The notes under the pieces are model-generated. The model saw nothing but the letters and a program-made list of their open reading frames with translations, made no database searches and was not told the origin of the DNA. From NCBI GenBank assembly GCA_965242865.1, contig CBDETK010000013.1:288001-352000 (forward strand): a stretch of DNA of 64,000 nucleotides, in the 5' to 3' direction. This DNA is from Candidatus Latescibacterota bacterium (GTDB taxonomy: Bacteria; Latescibacterota; UBA2968; UBA8231). Within the stretch, counting starts at the first letter, position 1, and every line of letters begins with the position of its first letter. The translations under genes and the position numbers were made by a program. This document shows positions 17,343-26,844 of this stretch, piece after piece.

Positions 17343-18982
17343 GAGATTCGCACCGAATGATTTTGCCACAACATCAACAACCAGTAACCGTTCGACTTGC
17401 GCGGGAAGAAGATATTGAAGGCGCGAAACGAATTGCGGATCAACACCGATCTGAATTGGGGTTTGTCAACATCGCCATTTTGCGGGTAGCACAAAGCAAA
17501 GAATGGCTTCTTGTTGCGGCCGAATGGGAAAATCAGAGAAAGTGTGATGTAGTTGTTGGATTTGCAAATTTCCGGATCAAACGGGATAAAAACGCAACGC
17601 TATACGAAATTGCAGTAGCTGATTCACACAGACGTACAAGAGTCGGGACCCGTTTGCTGAGCGAATTAATTCGACGTGTTCACCTAGCTGGCGGGCAATA
17701 TGTTCGTCTCAAGTGCCCACAAGATCTAAATGCCAATAAATTTTACCAAAAATTCGGATTTCGGCATGGCGAAACAGAGCAACGCAAGAAGAGACAGCTC
17801 CAAGTGTGGTACTACCATATTCCCTTAATGCACGGCTCAGGCGCGGAAACATCCTTAGTTACTCCTTTTATTCGCATAGCTGATGAACAGGCTTTGCCGC
17901 AACCTTTCACACCGGAGAACGAACTTCACGCATCCGCACATTTTTACGCTTCCCTGACAGTCAAACCGGATGAAATGAGGACATTGCATCGCCTCTGGCA
18001 TACACATGCACACGACTTTGACTGGAAGTTCGGCAAACCGAATCCATTTCAACGGGTGCTCATCTCTCCTGTCGTTGCCAGCAGGTACATCTTCGATTTT
18101 GTCCGAGAACTGAAACGGACAGGTGAAACGGAAGTGGTCATGTTCGATTCTGGTGGCTATTTCGTCCAGAAAGGAGATATCTCTTATTACGATCTTCATC
18201 GGAAACTCTATGAATACTATCAGCAGGAGGATTGGGCGGATATATATGTTCTGCCAGATAATCCACCACTCAGTAGAGACTCGCTACGTTCTGCGGAAGC
18301 GAAGATAAAACAAACTGTTGAGGGCAGCCTGCGACTTTACGGCGACCTTTCTTACGAAGTTCAGCAGAAAGCGATGCCTGTCGTTCACGCAACGAGAAGT
18401 GAACATCTCGACTATTGCCTGAGACAATACGCTGATTTTAAGAATATCGGTTTCGGCTCATTTCCAACAAGCGGAACTTCAAATTCTATCAACCGATTGA
18501 ACATCAACGCGCTAATGATTCTCCGGCAACTGACTCGGATGCTGGATTCTGAGGGTGTAAAACTACATACCTTTGGTATTTCAACACCACCCGCGATTTA
18601 CCTACTATCACTGGCTGGTGTACATTCTTTTGATTCTAATGGTTGGATGCGGTCTGGTGGATATGGTAAGATATTCCTCCCATTTATGCGGGGCTATCTA
18701 GTCACTTTCAACTCTCGGAGGAATAGGAGTTTGAATGAAACAGAATTCAAATTGTGGAAGGAAAATATAAAGCATGATTGTCCGTTCTGCGGTTCTTTCG
18801 AGCAGCTTTCAAATAACCGATGGGATCGAATTATGCACAATCTGATAGTTATGTCAGAATTAGAAACACATCAGAGGACACCCCGAACAGATATGTTACG
18901 AGAGCTATCAGGAACGTACTATCGTATGTCACAAAGTCTGATAGGTGAAAACTTGTGGCCTGTTAATAATCACGACCTTTAA
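17339..18982 (+). CDS. GNAT acetyltransferase fused to a tRNA-guanine transglycosylase-like (TGT/DpdA-like) domain
   Basis: N-terminal GNAT: LYEIAVADSHRRTRVGTRLL, ANKFYQKFGF. C-terminal TGT fold: MFDSGGY, LPDNPP, MPVVHA, LHTFG, SFDSNGW, HDCPFC...HN Zn site. ATGA overlap with the upstream gene. Confidence 0.8.
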   Translation: MRDSHRMILPQHQQPVTVRLAREEDIEGAKRIADQHRSELGFVNIAILRVAQSKEWLLVAAEWENQRKCDVVVGFANFRIKRDKNATLYEIAVADSHRRTRVGTRLLSELIRRVHLAGGQYVRLKCPQDLNANKFYQKFGFRHGETEQRKKRQLQVWYYHIPLMHGSGAETSLVTPFIRIADEQALPQPFTPENELHASAHFYASLTVKPDEMRTLHRLWHTHAHDFDWKFGKPNPFQRVLISPVVASRYIFDFVRELKRTGETEVVMFDSGGYFVQKGDISYYDLHRKLYEYYQQEDWADIYVLPDNPPLSRDSLRSAEAKIKQTVEGSLRLYGDLSYEVQQKAMPVVHATRSEHLDYCLRQYADFKNIGFGSFPTSGTSNSINRLNINALMILRQLTRMLDSEGVKLHTFGISTPPAIYLLSLAGVHSFDSNGWMRSGGYGKIFLPFMRGYLVTFNSRRNRSLNETEFKLWKENIKHDCPFCGSFEQLSNNRWDRIMHNLIVMSELETHQRTPRTDMLRELSGTYYRMSQSLIGENLWPVNNHDL

Positions 18983-18992
18983 TGGAGGAACA

Positions 18993-19805
18993 ATGGCACG
19001 CTCACACATCTTAAAAGGATTTTCGGACTTGGAGTCGGCATTATGGGTCCACAAATATCACCCTGGGCTTGATACAATTCGGCAAATGGTCAAAACCGCT
19101 TCGGAAAATGGATACACAGTAACGGATACAGCGCGTTACGAAGCGGTTCAGCTATTAAGCGAGTGGGGACTAGCGGATGGAAAAAGCAAGTCATTAACTC
19201 CCGAAGGCGAGACTTTCTATTCCTTGTGGGAAACGAAGCGAAGTACCGCAATTGATTTTCTTCACGCACGGCAATACGGTCTATGGACTCAAAATGCCCC
19301 TGACCAAAACATTGCGTCGTGGGCGTACAAAAATATCTGTGACTACCTATGGACACGGCAAACGCTTCCGGGAGATCGGGATCTGGTGGCTTACATACAT
19401 GATCTCCGAGCCTCTGACGAAGTGGTGATTCCACCGGATATCGGCAATGCGTTCTCCAATAAATCGATCAATGACGCTTATGATTGGCTTCTGCCGTTAG
19501 ACCCGCCCGTATTAGAAAAGGATAGCGCGACATTTGCACAACGGCCATTCTGTTCAACACCACTTTTTGCGATGGGGCTCGGTTATCTCGTGCGAGAATC
19601 CGATACGGCATTTGGGGATTTGGTCAAAATTGACGAAGCGCGAAAACAGGCCGTTTGTCGCTTCTGTCTCATTGACGAAACCGGTTTCGATCTCATGCTC
19701 GACGAGGCATTGCGCCAAGTTCCGTACCTTTCGGTGCAGCGGAGTTGGGACGGGATTTACGTAGAGTTGAATCGAGAACCGCAGATCGGGGATTTTCTCG
19801 ATTAA
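18993..19805 (+). CDS. Hypothetical winged-helix protein, DUF4007/BrxA-like
   Basis: 270 aa with GGAGG RBS; WGLAD...LTPEG helix-wing pattern and a C-terminal FCLIDETGFDLMLDEAL...YLSVQRSWDGIYVEL wHTH-like segment; position in the operon. Family call is tentative. Confidence 0.5.
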   Translation: MARSHILKGFSDLESALWVHKYHPGLDTIRQMVKTASENGYTVTDTARYEAVQLLSEWGLADGKSKSLTPEGETFYSLWETKRSTAIDFLHARQYGLWTQNAPDQNIASWAYKNICDYLWTRQTLPGDRDLVAYIHDLRASDEVVIPPDIGNAFSNKSINDAYDWLLPLDPPVLEKDSATFAQRPFCSTPLFAMGLGYLVRESDTAFGDLVKIDEARKQAVCRFCLIDETGFDLMLDEALRQVPYLSVQRSWDGIYVELNREPQIGDFLD

Positions 19806-19807
19806 AA

Positions 19808-20359
19808 ATGAGCGGATTAAACTCAATGCGCTGGCAATCTTACCACAGGAAACTCCTCAAACTGGCGGAAATTGGCGAAACTTTGACGTCCTCTCAGCAG
19901 GTAGTTGGTCGGTTTCTGCGGCGGGAGATCAGAGACCATCAGCAACGCATCGATCTCTGGGGTGCTCCGGGCGTTGGCAAGACGTTTCTCGCGCACCATC
20001 TCCATCACTGTGCAGACGGTCTCTATTTCTCGTCTGTAGAAACTTGTTCATATACCGAAGTTTCCCCAAATTCGGTGGTTATCATCGACAACGCACCGCA
20101 TGACCGAAGTTCAGCGCGGTCAATTTTCGGGGATGTGCTTTGGGCAGGCGCGTCGTCGGTCGTTTTGGTGACGCGCCAACCCATTGACGATGCGGTTCGG
20201 AGCGTTGAATTGGGCTTAACAATTCAGGAATTGGCACAAGTTGAGGATGTGATGCGTAGGCTTTTCGGCCATTTCCCGCCCGATGACCTGCGCGATGTTG
20301 ACCTCCTCCGCTGTGGAATTTGGCAACGGCTTAACACTCTCGCGGAGCGAAAATTATAA
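19808..20359 (+). CDS. Small P-loop ATPase (BrxF/BrxB-position component)
   Basis: Walker A WGAPGVGKT, Walker B-like VVIIDN; 183 aa. Confidence 0.65.
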   Translation: MSGLNSMRWQSYHRKLLKLAEIGETLTSSQQVVGRFLRREIRDHQQRIDLWGAPGVGKTFLAHHLHHCADGLYFSSVETCSYTEVSPNSVVIIDNAPHDRSSARSIFGDVLWAGASSVVLVTRQPIDDAVRSVELGLTIQELAQVEDVMRRLFGHFPPDDLRDVDLLRCGIWQRLNTLAERKL

Positions 20360-20373
20360 AAAGGAAATCTGGC

Positions 20374-23300
20374 ATGGCTTTAGAAGAAATCATCCAAAAA
20401 AGTGTGGTGGTCGATACGCCACGCGCAGAAGATCTCGCGGCGAGGCCAGCGGAATGGGCTGATCGCTTTCAATTTCACGTCTCGACGCATGTCGCGATAG
20501 CCGATATGACCGATAAGTGGGATGCGATTCTCAAAAACCTCCTACGCGGCCGTTCTGCAACAGGACTCATCCACGCCGATACGGGTTACGGCAAAACCTC
20601 GACCGCAGCCGCGCTTTGGCATTATGTAGAACAACGCGAGATTGTCGCGGTTCCGCCATTTGTGTGGAATAGCATCGCCGACATGCTCATTGCAACTCAC
20701 GGGTGGGTCTGCCACCGCTTGAAGGCGAAGAGGCCGGATCTGATTCCCGATTTAGAGCAACAGTATCAAACGCTGATTGCGAGTAGTGATGAAGATCGGG
20801 CGAGCAAAATAAGCCAAGAGCAAGGTGTTCCGCTCGATTATGCCAGAAAGTCCGTCCAGTCCCTTAAAGCGCGGGGCGATCTGATGGACGCGGTTTCCGC
20901 AAATCGCCTCATTGATTACTTGCGAATGGCGACTTCGACGCTTTTGGAGGCGGAGTATAAAGGGTTGCTCATTCTGCCAGATGAGTTCAAGCTTTTTGAC
21001 AATACGAATTCAGACATCGCCAAGAATTTCGCGGAACTCAAAGACTTTATCTTTCCCATTTTCCAAGAAAACAGCCTCCCAATAGGCTGTGTGGTTTTGA
21101 CCTATCGCCGAACATTTTCCGACATCCAACTCAGAGAACCTTACATATTTGCCCGATTCAACAAGCCTGAAGGGAGTTTGATCGACCTCGAGCAGGCATA
21201 CAGAAAGATCGAAAATGAAAAGTCTTTCGCCGATGAACTTTGGGAGAAATTGTCCATTGGGTGTAACCTGACCGACGCGGAGAAAGAGGCTATCGATCCG
21301 GATGTGCTGTTTGCCCTCGGGCAGTTTTTGGGACATCAGCGCACGACGCAACTGATTAGTGGCCCCCGGTCTGTTGTCGCGACGTTCCGCCGTGCGGCTA
21401 ACCACTACGGCCAAAAGAAGCGACCCTATTCCATTTTCGATTTTTGTGCAGACTATATCTCTCAAGGGCTTATTTGCTTCAACAATCAGGAAATCGACAC
21501 GGTCAAAGCGCATACCTCAATCATGAGTCAGCCCATCATTGGCACTGATGAGGCAAAGCAGCGCGTCGTCAAACTACTGTGCGTTTGCCCCGATGGCGTA
21601 CCAGAGGAACTGTTCAAAAAGCACGGCATTTCCGCTGAAGATCGCTTGGCGGTCGTGCAAGGGTTGTTGGGTACACACATCATTAGGAAAATCATCGGAC
21701 CGACTTTAACCCATTACAAGGATGATTTACAAGCAGGCGACGCTCTCATCGAGATTCTTAAAATTCTGCGGAATCAGTACAATCCCGCCAGTGAAGAAAC
21801 TCATCGCGCCGCTGTCAGATCATTTGCGAATTACATTCTGCCCGAAATTTTTCAACAACTCACCGGAGCCGCCCACACGGGTTGGGGAGGTTTGACAAAG
21901 ATGGAAGGGGATATAGAACCGATCTTTCAGGGCAGGCTCCAAGGGACTTCTCTCCGAGACTATCCAGACCGAACATTGACCGTCCACGTTGGCACCGAGA
22001 AATTTCAAGAAATTAGCGGTGCCTACCGCGAGAGCCAGTTGTTTACATCTTTTATTTTGCGGACTCAAGGGAGTACACCGATCTCGAATACCTGTAATGT
22101 TCGCGCAGACGGTCTCTACTTCCGCCTCAACATCTCCGAGGCTATCGACAACCGAGAAATTCCAAAAGAGATTGGCAAACTCGGCGACCTTTTTTTGCCG
22201 GAGTCCGTTACCCCTTCGCTGCTCCTATCCATGCTCGACTTCTTTGACCAAGAATCGACAACCGCCCAAATCAAGGAGCTAAAACAGGAAGCGCAGGTGC
22301 GACTCTTGAAATCCCAAATTCATACCCAACTGATCGGTTACTTCTTTTCCGCTGAGGTCAAGGCGAGTGCCGTATCACAGCAAGCAGATTTGGCACGAGT
22401 ACCCGCGGGGAAAAGTTTTGTCGAACGGGCTTTGGGCGTACTGATAAGGGAAAAATTCAAATCATATCGCGCTGTTGCAATCTCGCATCAATGGGAAAAG
22501 AATTTGGGGACGTACATGCTGGCAGCAAAAAATGCCGAAAGTCTCGGCGTAAAACGGGGTGAGAATCCCATTAAAATGAGTGCCAGAGACGTGCCAAGGC
22601 TGTTTAGTATCGGTCAACACACCACTTTTGCCAATACATTCTACCCAAACGGCGTCTTGCGCGATCTCTTGCTCGTCAATGAAATTGACGCCAATGGCAA
22701 AACCATAGCGGAAGGGATTGAGGTTAAAAACAACCAGAGTTCCGTCGCGGTCTATTTTAAGCTCCATGACGTGGAAAAGCGCGTTTTGGAAATGCTCGAG
22801 GCAAGCGCAGAAAGCATTGTCGTTGATGGCAGGCCCGCCAAAGCAATGCCGATCCCCGAGGTTTTCCAACGGGAAGGAAAATTTGGGTATCTCGATGATG
22901 AAATCGAAGCGTTAATCAAAGTGTTGAAGGCAAGGGGCTTGGTCGATCAAAGACAGCAACGGGGGATGGATTATCTGTATTGCGTTGAGACAGAGATCAA
23001 CTTGACCGAATTGCAACGCAAGTTCGACCGACTTGAGGCACTTGAGGAACTGGCACAATCAAAAGGCTTCGCACTGGAAAGTGACGGTGATAACTCGCTG
23101 GCATCGGTGCAGGCAGATTTTCAGATCATCGGAATTGCGTCTAATGAAGTCCGCAAGGATTCACTTCGGCAAAAACTCAATTCGATTGAGGACGCTTTCA
23201 AAACGCAGTGTACGGTGTGGCTAACGAAGGTCCGCGACCAACTCAATCGAAAAACCGCAGAGGTCGAAACATTGGAGTTGGATCTACCGAGGGTGCTGGA

Positions 23301-24459
23301 GCGAGAAACCGACCACCCGACGACCGAGTTTTCAGTTCTGCTGTTTCAGGATATCCGTAATGAAATTCGGAAGGTGTATAACGCCATTCCCCGAGAAAGA
23401 GACAAAGTAAAACAGCAAGTGCGGGCAATCCTCGATAAGAAGATTCAAGAATACCAATCTGACCAAACCTTTGAAAAAGCGATTGCAGTGGCGGCAGATT
23501 TTCGCGGTTCCATGCAGACGGTTGACAAGGAGATCGAAGCACTCCGCGAGAAGCGTTCAGAAGCTGAACTGCTTTATGAGTTATTTGAAAAATGGCGCAA
23601 CCTCGCTAGACAAGTTGAGCGTAATCGACTGACGATGACAGATGCCCAAGAGATTGATGAGGTAAAAATTCTCTGTGATAAGCTGGACGAGGAACAGCAG
23701 CGGATTAAACGCTATCTTGCGGATCGGGCGAAAACTGTCAAGCAGGTTCTGGAAAACCACGAGTACTTTTTCAATCAAATTGCCGCGATCAAGGACGAAT
23801 TTGACCAGATCTCCGAACGCCGAAAAGATGACTTTATCCGGTTTCAAGCCGATATTGAAGGCCAACTCCGTCAACTCATTGACAGACCCGGCATTGGCGA
23901 ACAATTCAACCCTAACGATGTAGAAGGATCGTACAGCCGAATCCGCGAAAAAGCGGTTGAGAAGATTCAGGAACTTGTCATCAAATTTGCAATTCAGCGT
24001 ATTACAGAACTGAAAAGCGAATTGATGAAACCGCTTGAGGTTTTTACCGTCAGTGACCGGATCAAAAATCAGGCAAAGGAAATGAGCGACGCGATATATG
24101 CTTTGGAGGAGAGAATCAATGAGGTGAGCGTTGATCTGAAACCCGATGACGTTGATGCCCTGTTGCCTGCATGGGTGGAATCACTCAAGTCTATTCGTGA
24201 AGAGGGAAATGAGGTTTTCACAAAATGGGAAGGCATTCAAGATCAACTCAGATGTGACAAAAGTGAGTTGGGTCCAAAGGAAGTAGTGCTGCTGGATATG
24301 ATTGAAGCTAATGCGGATAAGGATTTTACAGAATTGATTATCGATCTCAGGCAGTCTGAAAATGAAGTGTTCGGTTCGACTTCAGAGATCATTAAGAGTC
24401 TTGAAGAGTTATACCAACGCAATTGGTTGAACATCAAAATCTCACGAACTATAGGATAG
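20374..24459 (+). CDS. Large P-loop ATPase with long coiled-coil C-terminus (BrxC-like)
   Basis: Walker A HADTGYGKTS, Walker B LLILPDEFK, FARF, GPRSVV; heptad-rich C-terminal half; terminal wHTH-like SLEELYQRNWLNIKI; AAGGA RBS. Confidence 0.75.
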   Translation: MALEEIIQKSVVVDTPRAEDLAARPAEWADRFQFHVSTHVAIADMTDKWDAILKNLLRGRSATGLIHADTGYGKTSTAAALWHYVEQREIVAVPPFVWNSIADMLIATHGWVCHRLKAKRPDLIPDLEQQYQTLIASSDEDRASKISQEQGVPLDYARKSVQSLKARGDLMDAVSANRLIDYLRMATSTLLEAEYKGLLILPDEFKLFDNTNSDIAKNFAELKDFIFPIFQENSLPIGCVVLTYRRTFSDIQLREPYIFARFNKPEGSLIDLEQAYRKIENEKSFADELWEKLSIGCNLTDAEKEAIDPDVLFALGQFLGHQRTTQLISGPRSVVATFRRAANHYGQKKRPYSIFDFCADYISQGLICFNNQEIDTVKAHTSIMSQPIIGTDEAKQRVVKLLCVCPDGVPEELFKKHGISAEDRLAVVQGLLGTHIIRKIIGPTLTHYKDDLQAGDALIEILKILRNQYNPASEETHRAAVRSFANYILPEIFQQLTGAAHTGWGGLTKMEGDIEPIFQGRLQGTSLRDYPDRTLTVHVGTEKFQEISGAYRESQLFTSFILRTQGSTPISNTCNVRADGLYFRLNISEAIDNREIPKEIGKLGDLFLPESVTPSLLLSMLDFFDQESTTAQIKELKQEAQVRLLKSQIHTQLIGYFFSAEVKASAVSQQADLARVPAGKSFVERALGVLIREKFKSYRAVAISHQWEKNLGTYMLAAKNAESLGVKRGENPIKMSARDVPRLFSIGQHTTFANTFYPNGVLRDLLLVNEIDANGKTIAEGIEVKNNQSSVAVYFKLHDVEKRVLEMLEASAESIVVDGRPAKAMPIPEVFQREGKFGYLDDEIEALIKVLKARGLVDQRQQRGMDYLYCVETEINLTELQRKFDRLEALEELAQSKGFALESDGDNSLASVQADFQIIGIASNEVRKDSLRQKLNSIEDAFKTQCTVWLTKVRDQLNRKTAEVETLELDLPRVLERETDHPTTEFSVLLFQDIRNEIRKVYNAIPRERDKVKQQVRAILDKKIQEYQSDQTFEKAIAVAADFRGSMQTVDKEIEALREKRSEAELLYELFEKWRNLARQVERNRLTMTDAQEIDEVKILCDKLDEEQQRIKRYLADRAKTVKQVLENHEYFFNQIAAIKDEFDQISERRKDDFIRFQADIEGQLRQLIDRPGIGEQFNPNDVEGSYSRIREKAVEKIQELVIKFAIQRITELKSELMKPLEVFTVSDRIKNQAKEMSDAIYALEERINEVSVDLKPDDVDALLPAWVESLKSIREEGNEVFTKWEGIQDQLRCDKSELGPKEVVLLDMIEANADKDFTELIIDLRQSENEVFGSTSEIIKSLEELYQRNWLNIKISRTIG

Positions 24460-24464
24460 CGATT

Positions 24465-25592
24465 GTGCTAGACCTTTTAGAGAAATTTCCCTGTATAACC
24501 GACCTGCCAGAAACGACGCTAGGACTGTGGGAAATATGCCTGTCTGATATTTGGTGTCCCAATTCGCTGGCAGAATGGCGAGGTGTTGTTGATGCACCAC
24601 AGGAAGTTCCCACAAAGGCGACGCTTTTTGTGAATTTTTCAGAGGCTGAAAGTAAAGAATTGACAGACATTTTCGGTTTCCCTACGATTGACCTTCCGGC
24701 GGTTCCCCCAATTGAATGGGTGAATCAGAAATTGCCCGACCGTTTTAGTGCCTTGTGTACAGATGAATCGAAACTCTTAAAACAATCGCAACTCGCCCAA
24801 ACCGTTACAGACCGCGTATCATACATGCTTCCCGACATTGTTGTTTTTATGGTACTCGATGGGCTATCATCGTATGATGTCGCAGACTGGATATTCCCAG
24901 AGGCTTGGCGCGTAGTGTATGAGCCGTGTCTTGTTGATGGACTAAGTGTCACAACGAACGGCATGCGTCGATTGATCGGATCACCACCCTTAACGCATCG
25001 TTTGTTTGAGTTAGGGTACGTACAGCGACTTGGCTTTTCATATTGGGAACGCTCTCGAAATCAACTTACCAATGTACTCTTTTCTGAATTTCCACCGAGC
25101 CAACTGTTTCGCTTCACAACCTTTGAAGAGGTTTTAGATACATTGCAGAATACGGACTTACCTAACCGAACGTTCATTCAAATCGTCCGCACAGGACTCG
25201 ATGGAGTCTGCCATAGCCATAGAGAAAAGCCGAATATAGATATGATGCTTAACCAGCTTAAATTGGATATTGAACAGATTTTTGAAACAGTTGGCTCATC
25301 TCAGAAAGTCGTGCGGGTTTTTGTAACTAGCGACCATGGAATTCTTTGGTTCACAGATCAAAAGATGAAGACATTTAAGTCGGGCAGTACTTCTGCCCGT
25401 TACACTTATGCGAACCCCTCATCTGACGTGTCTGGAATCACTATTGCTGAATCTGGGAAGACGTTTACAGTCTTAACAGGCGATGAAGTCATCGCCAGAA
25501 ACCGAAAGGTGACGGAATGGGGATTTCACGGCGGAATTTCTGCACAAGAGTCTTTCATTCCGTTACTCGACATTACCCTAAATAGTAGGTGA
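24465..25592 (+). CDS. PglZ-like alkaline-phosphatase-superfamily protein
   Basis: VVFMVLDGLS, LDGVCH, FVTSDHG, FHGGISAQESFIPLL match PglZ core motifs; start uncertain (GTG 24465 or TTG 24423). Confidence 0.75.
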   Translation: MLDLLEKFPCITDLPETTLGLWEICLSDIWCPNSLAEWRGVVDAPQEVPTKATLFVNFSEAESKELTDIFGFPTIDLPAVPPIEWVNQKLPDRFSALCTDESKLLKQSQLAQTVTDRVSYMLPDIVVFMVLDGLSSYDVADWIFPEAWRVVYEPCLVDGLSVTTNGMRRLIGSPPLTHRLFELGYVQRLGFSYWERSRNQLTNVLFSEFPPSQLFRFTTFEEVLDTLQNTDLPNRTFIQIVRTGLDGVCHSHREKPNIDMMLNQLKLDIEQIFETVGSSQKVVRVFVTSDHGILWFTDQKMKTFKSGSTSARYTYANPSSDVSGITIAESGKTFTVLTGDEVIARNRKVTEWGFHGGISAQESFIPLLDITLNSR

Positions 25593-25597
25593 TCCAA

Positions 25598-26806
25598 ATG
25601 GCCGAGATCAACTTGCGAATTGGCACTGAATACGAAAACAGCGAATTAATTTATATGAACGCAACAGGATCACGCGCCGTATTCATTTGTGGCAAGCGTG
25701 GTTCTGGCAAAAGCTATACGATGGGCGTCATTGTCGAAGAACTGTTCAACCAAGAACAAGGTGAGGCAACAATTATCATTGCCGATCCGATGGGGATTTA
25801 CCACACGATGGCTCTGCCGAATCAAACTCAAGCAGATGAAGTTCGTCATGCCGGATTCCTTACCAGCGGCTTTCCAGTTCGGCTCATTGTCCCTGGCGAT
25901 CCCTTGGTTCGATACGGAGATGCTGTGGTGCTGGCGAAACTGCGAGAGAACGGCGTCGAGGTTGTTCCACTCCAAATTAACGCCGCAGACCTCTCTCCCG
26001 AGGCTTGGTGCGAGCTGTTTGACATTAGCATGAACGAAGTGATGGGGATTATTTTGTGGCGAGCAGTTGATACTCTTCTTGAAAAAGACCAGCATTTTAC
26101 TATTGATGACATCCTTGCGGCAATCGAGAGCGATCCAAGAGCGAAAGATACCTCTAAAGAAGCTTTAGAAAACCGTTTAACGGCGGCGAATAGGTGGGGT
26201 ATTTTCTCAAGAGAACCCACCTCATTGAATGACGTGTTTCTCTTGAACCAGATCAATGTTTTAGACCTAAGTGTGATTGATGCTGGTACAAAAGGGCTAC
26301 GTAACATGGTTCTCGATGTTGTCGCCCATCGTCTTTTTTCTGAACGAACACGAGAAAGACGTAGAGAAGAATTTGGTTTGTCAACGAAACTACCACGGGT
26401 TTGGCTGGCGATTGACGAAGCCCATCAATTTGTGCCGAAAGGACGAGCCTCGCTCTGCAAGGAAATGCTCATCCGTTGGGTGAAGGAGGGGCGTCAACCC
26501 GGTCTCAGCCTCGTCGTAGCGACGCAACAGCCGGCCGCGATTGATCCTGAACTATTATCGCAGTGCGACGTCATTGTCGCGCACAAAATTACAACTTGGG
26601 ACGACATCAATGCACTTGATCGACTGAGTGCAACGTATATGGAGGGAAACTTAAAAGGCTACATTCGCAACTTGAATCGCAGGGGTGAGGCTCTATTGGT
26701 TGATGATGAAACCGAGTCTGTTACGACAATTCGGGTCCGCCCGCGATTCAGTTCGCATGGAGGGGCCGAAATTCAAGAGAAGACTGTGCGGAAATCTTTA
26801 TTTTAG
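25598..26806 (+). CDS. HerA/FtsK-like (DUF87) ATPase
   Basis: [63 protein letters not shown]; ATG 25598 (GTG 25589 is an alternative). Confidence 0.85.
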   Translation: MAEINLRIGTEYENSELIYMNATGSRAVFICGKRGSGKSYTMGVIVEELFNQEQGEATIIIADPMGIYHTMALPNQTQADEVRHAGFLTSGFPVRLIVPGDPLVRYGDAVVLAKLRENGVEVVPLQINAADLSPEAWCELFDISMNEVMGIILWRAVDTLLEKDQHFTIDDILAAIESDPRAKDTSKEALENRLTAANRWGIFSREPTSLNDVFLLNQINVLDLSVIDAGTKGLRNMVLDVVAHRLFSERTRERRREEFGLSTKLPRVWLAIDEAHQFVPKGRASLCKEMLIRWVKEGRQPGLSLVVATQQPAAIDPELLSQCDVIVAHKITTWDDINALDRLSATYMEGNLKGYIRNLNRRGEALLVDDETESVTTIRVRPRFSSHGGAEIQEKTVRKSLF

Positions 26807-26844
26807 TATCTAATTCACGTCCATCCATCCCCGAAAGGCTTTCC

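Noticed and set aside
17339-18982. Housekeeping tRNA-guanine transglycosylase (tgt)
   Set aside because: It lacks the canonical N-terminal TPxFMPVGT region, is fused to a GNAT and lies in an AT-richer defence-like operon, so no gene symbol was assigned
20374-24459. SMC/MukB (Wadjet JetC) assignment
   Set aside because: Walker A and Walker B are both in the N-terminal domain rather than split across the coiled coil, and no ABC signature is seen at the C-terminus
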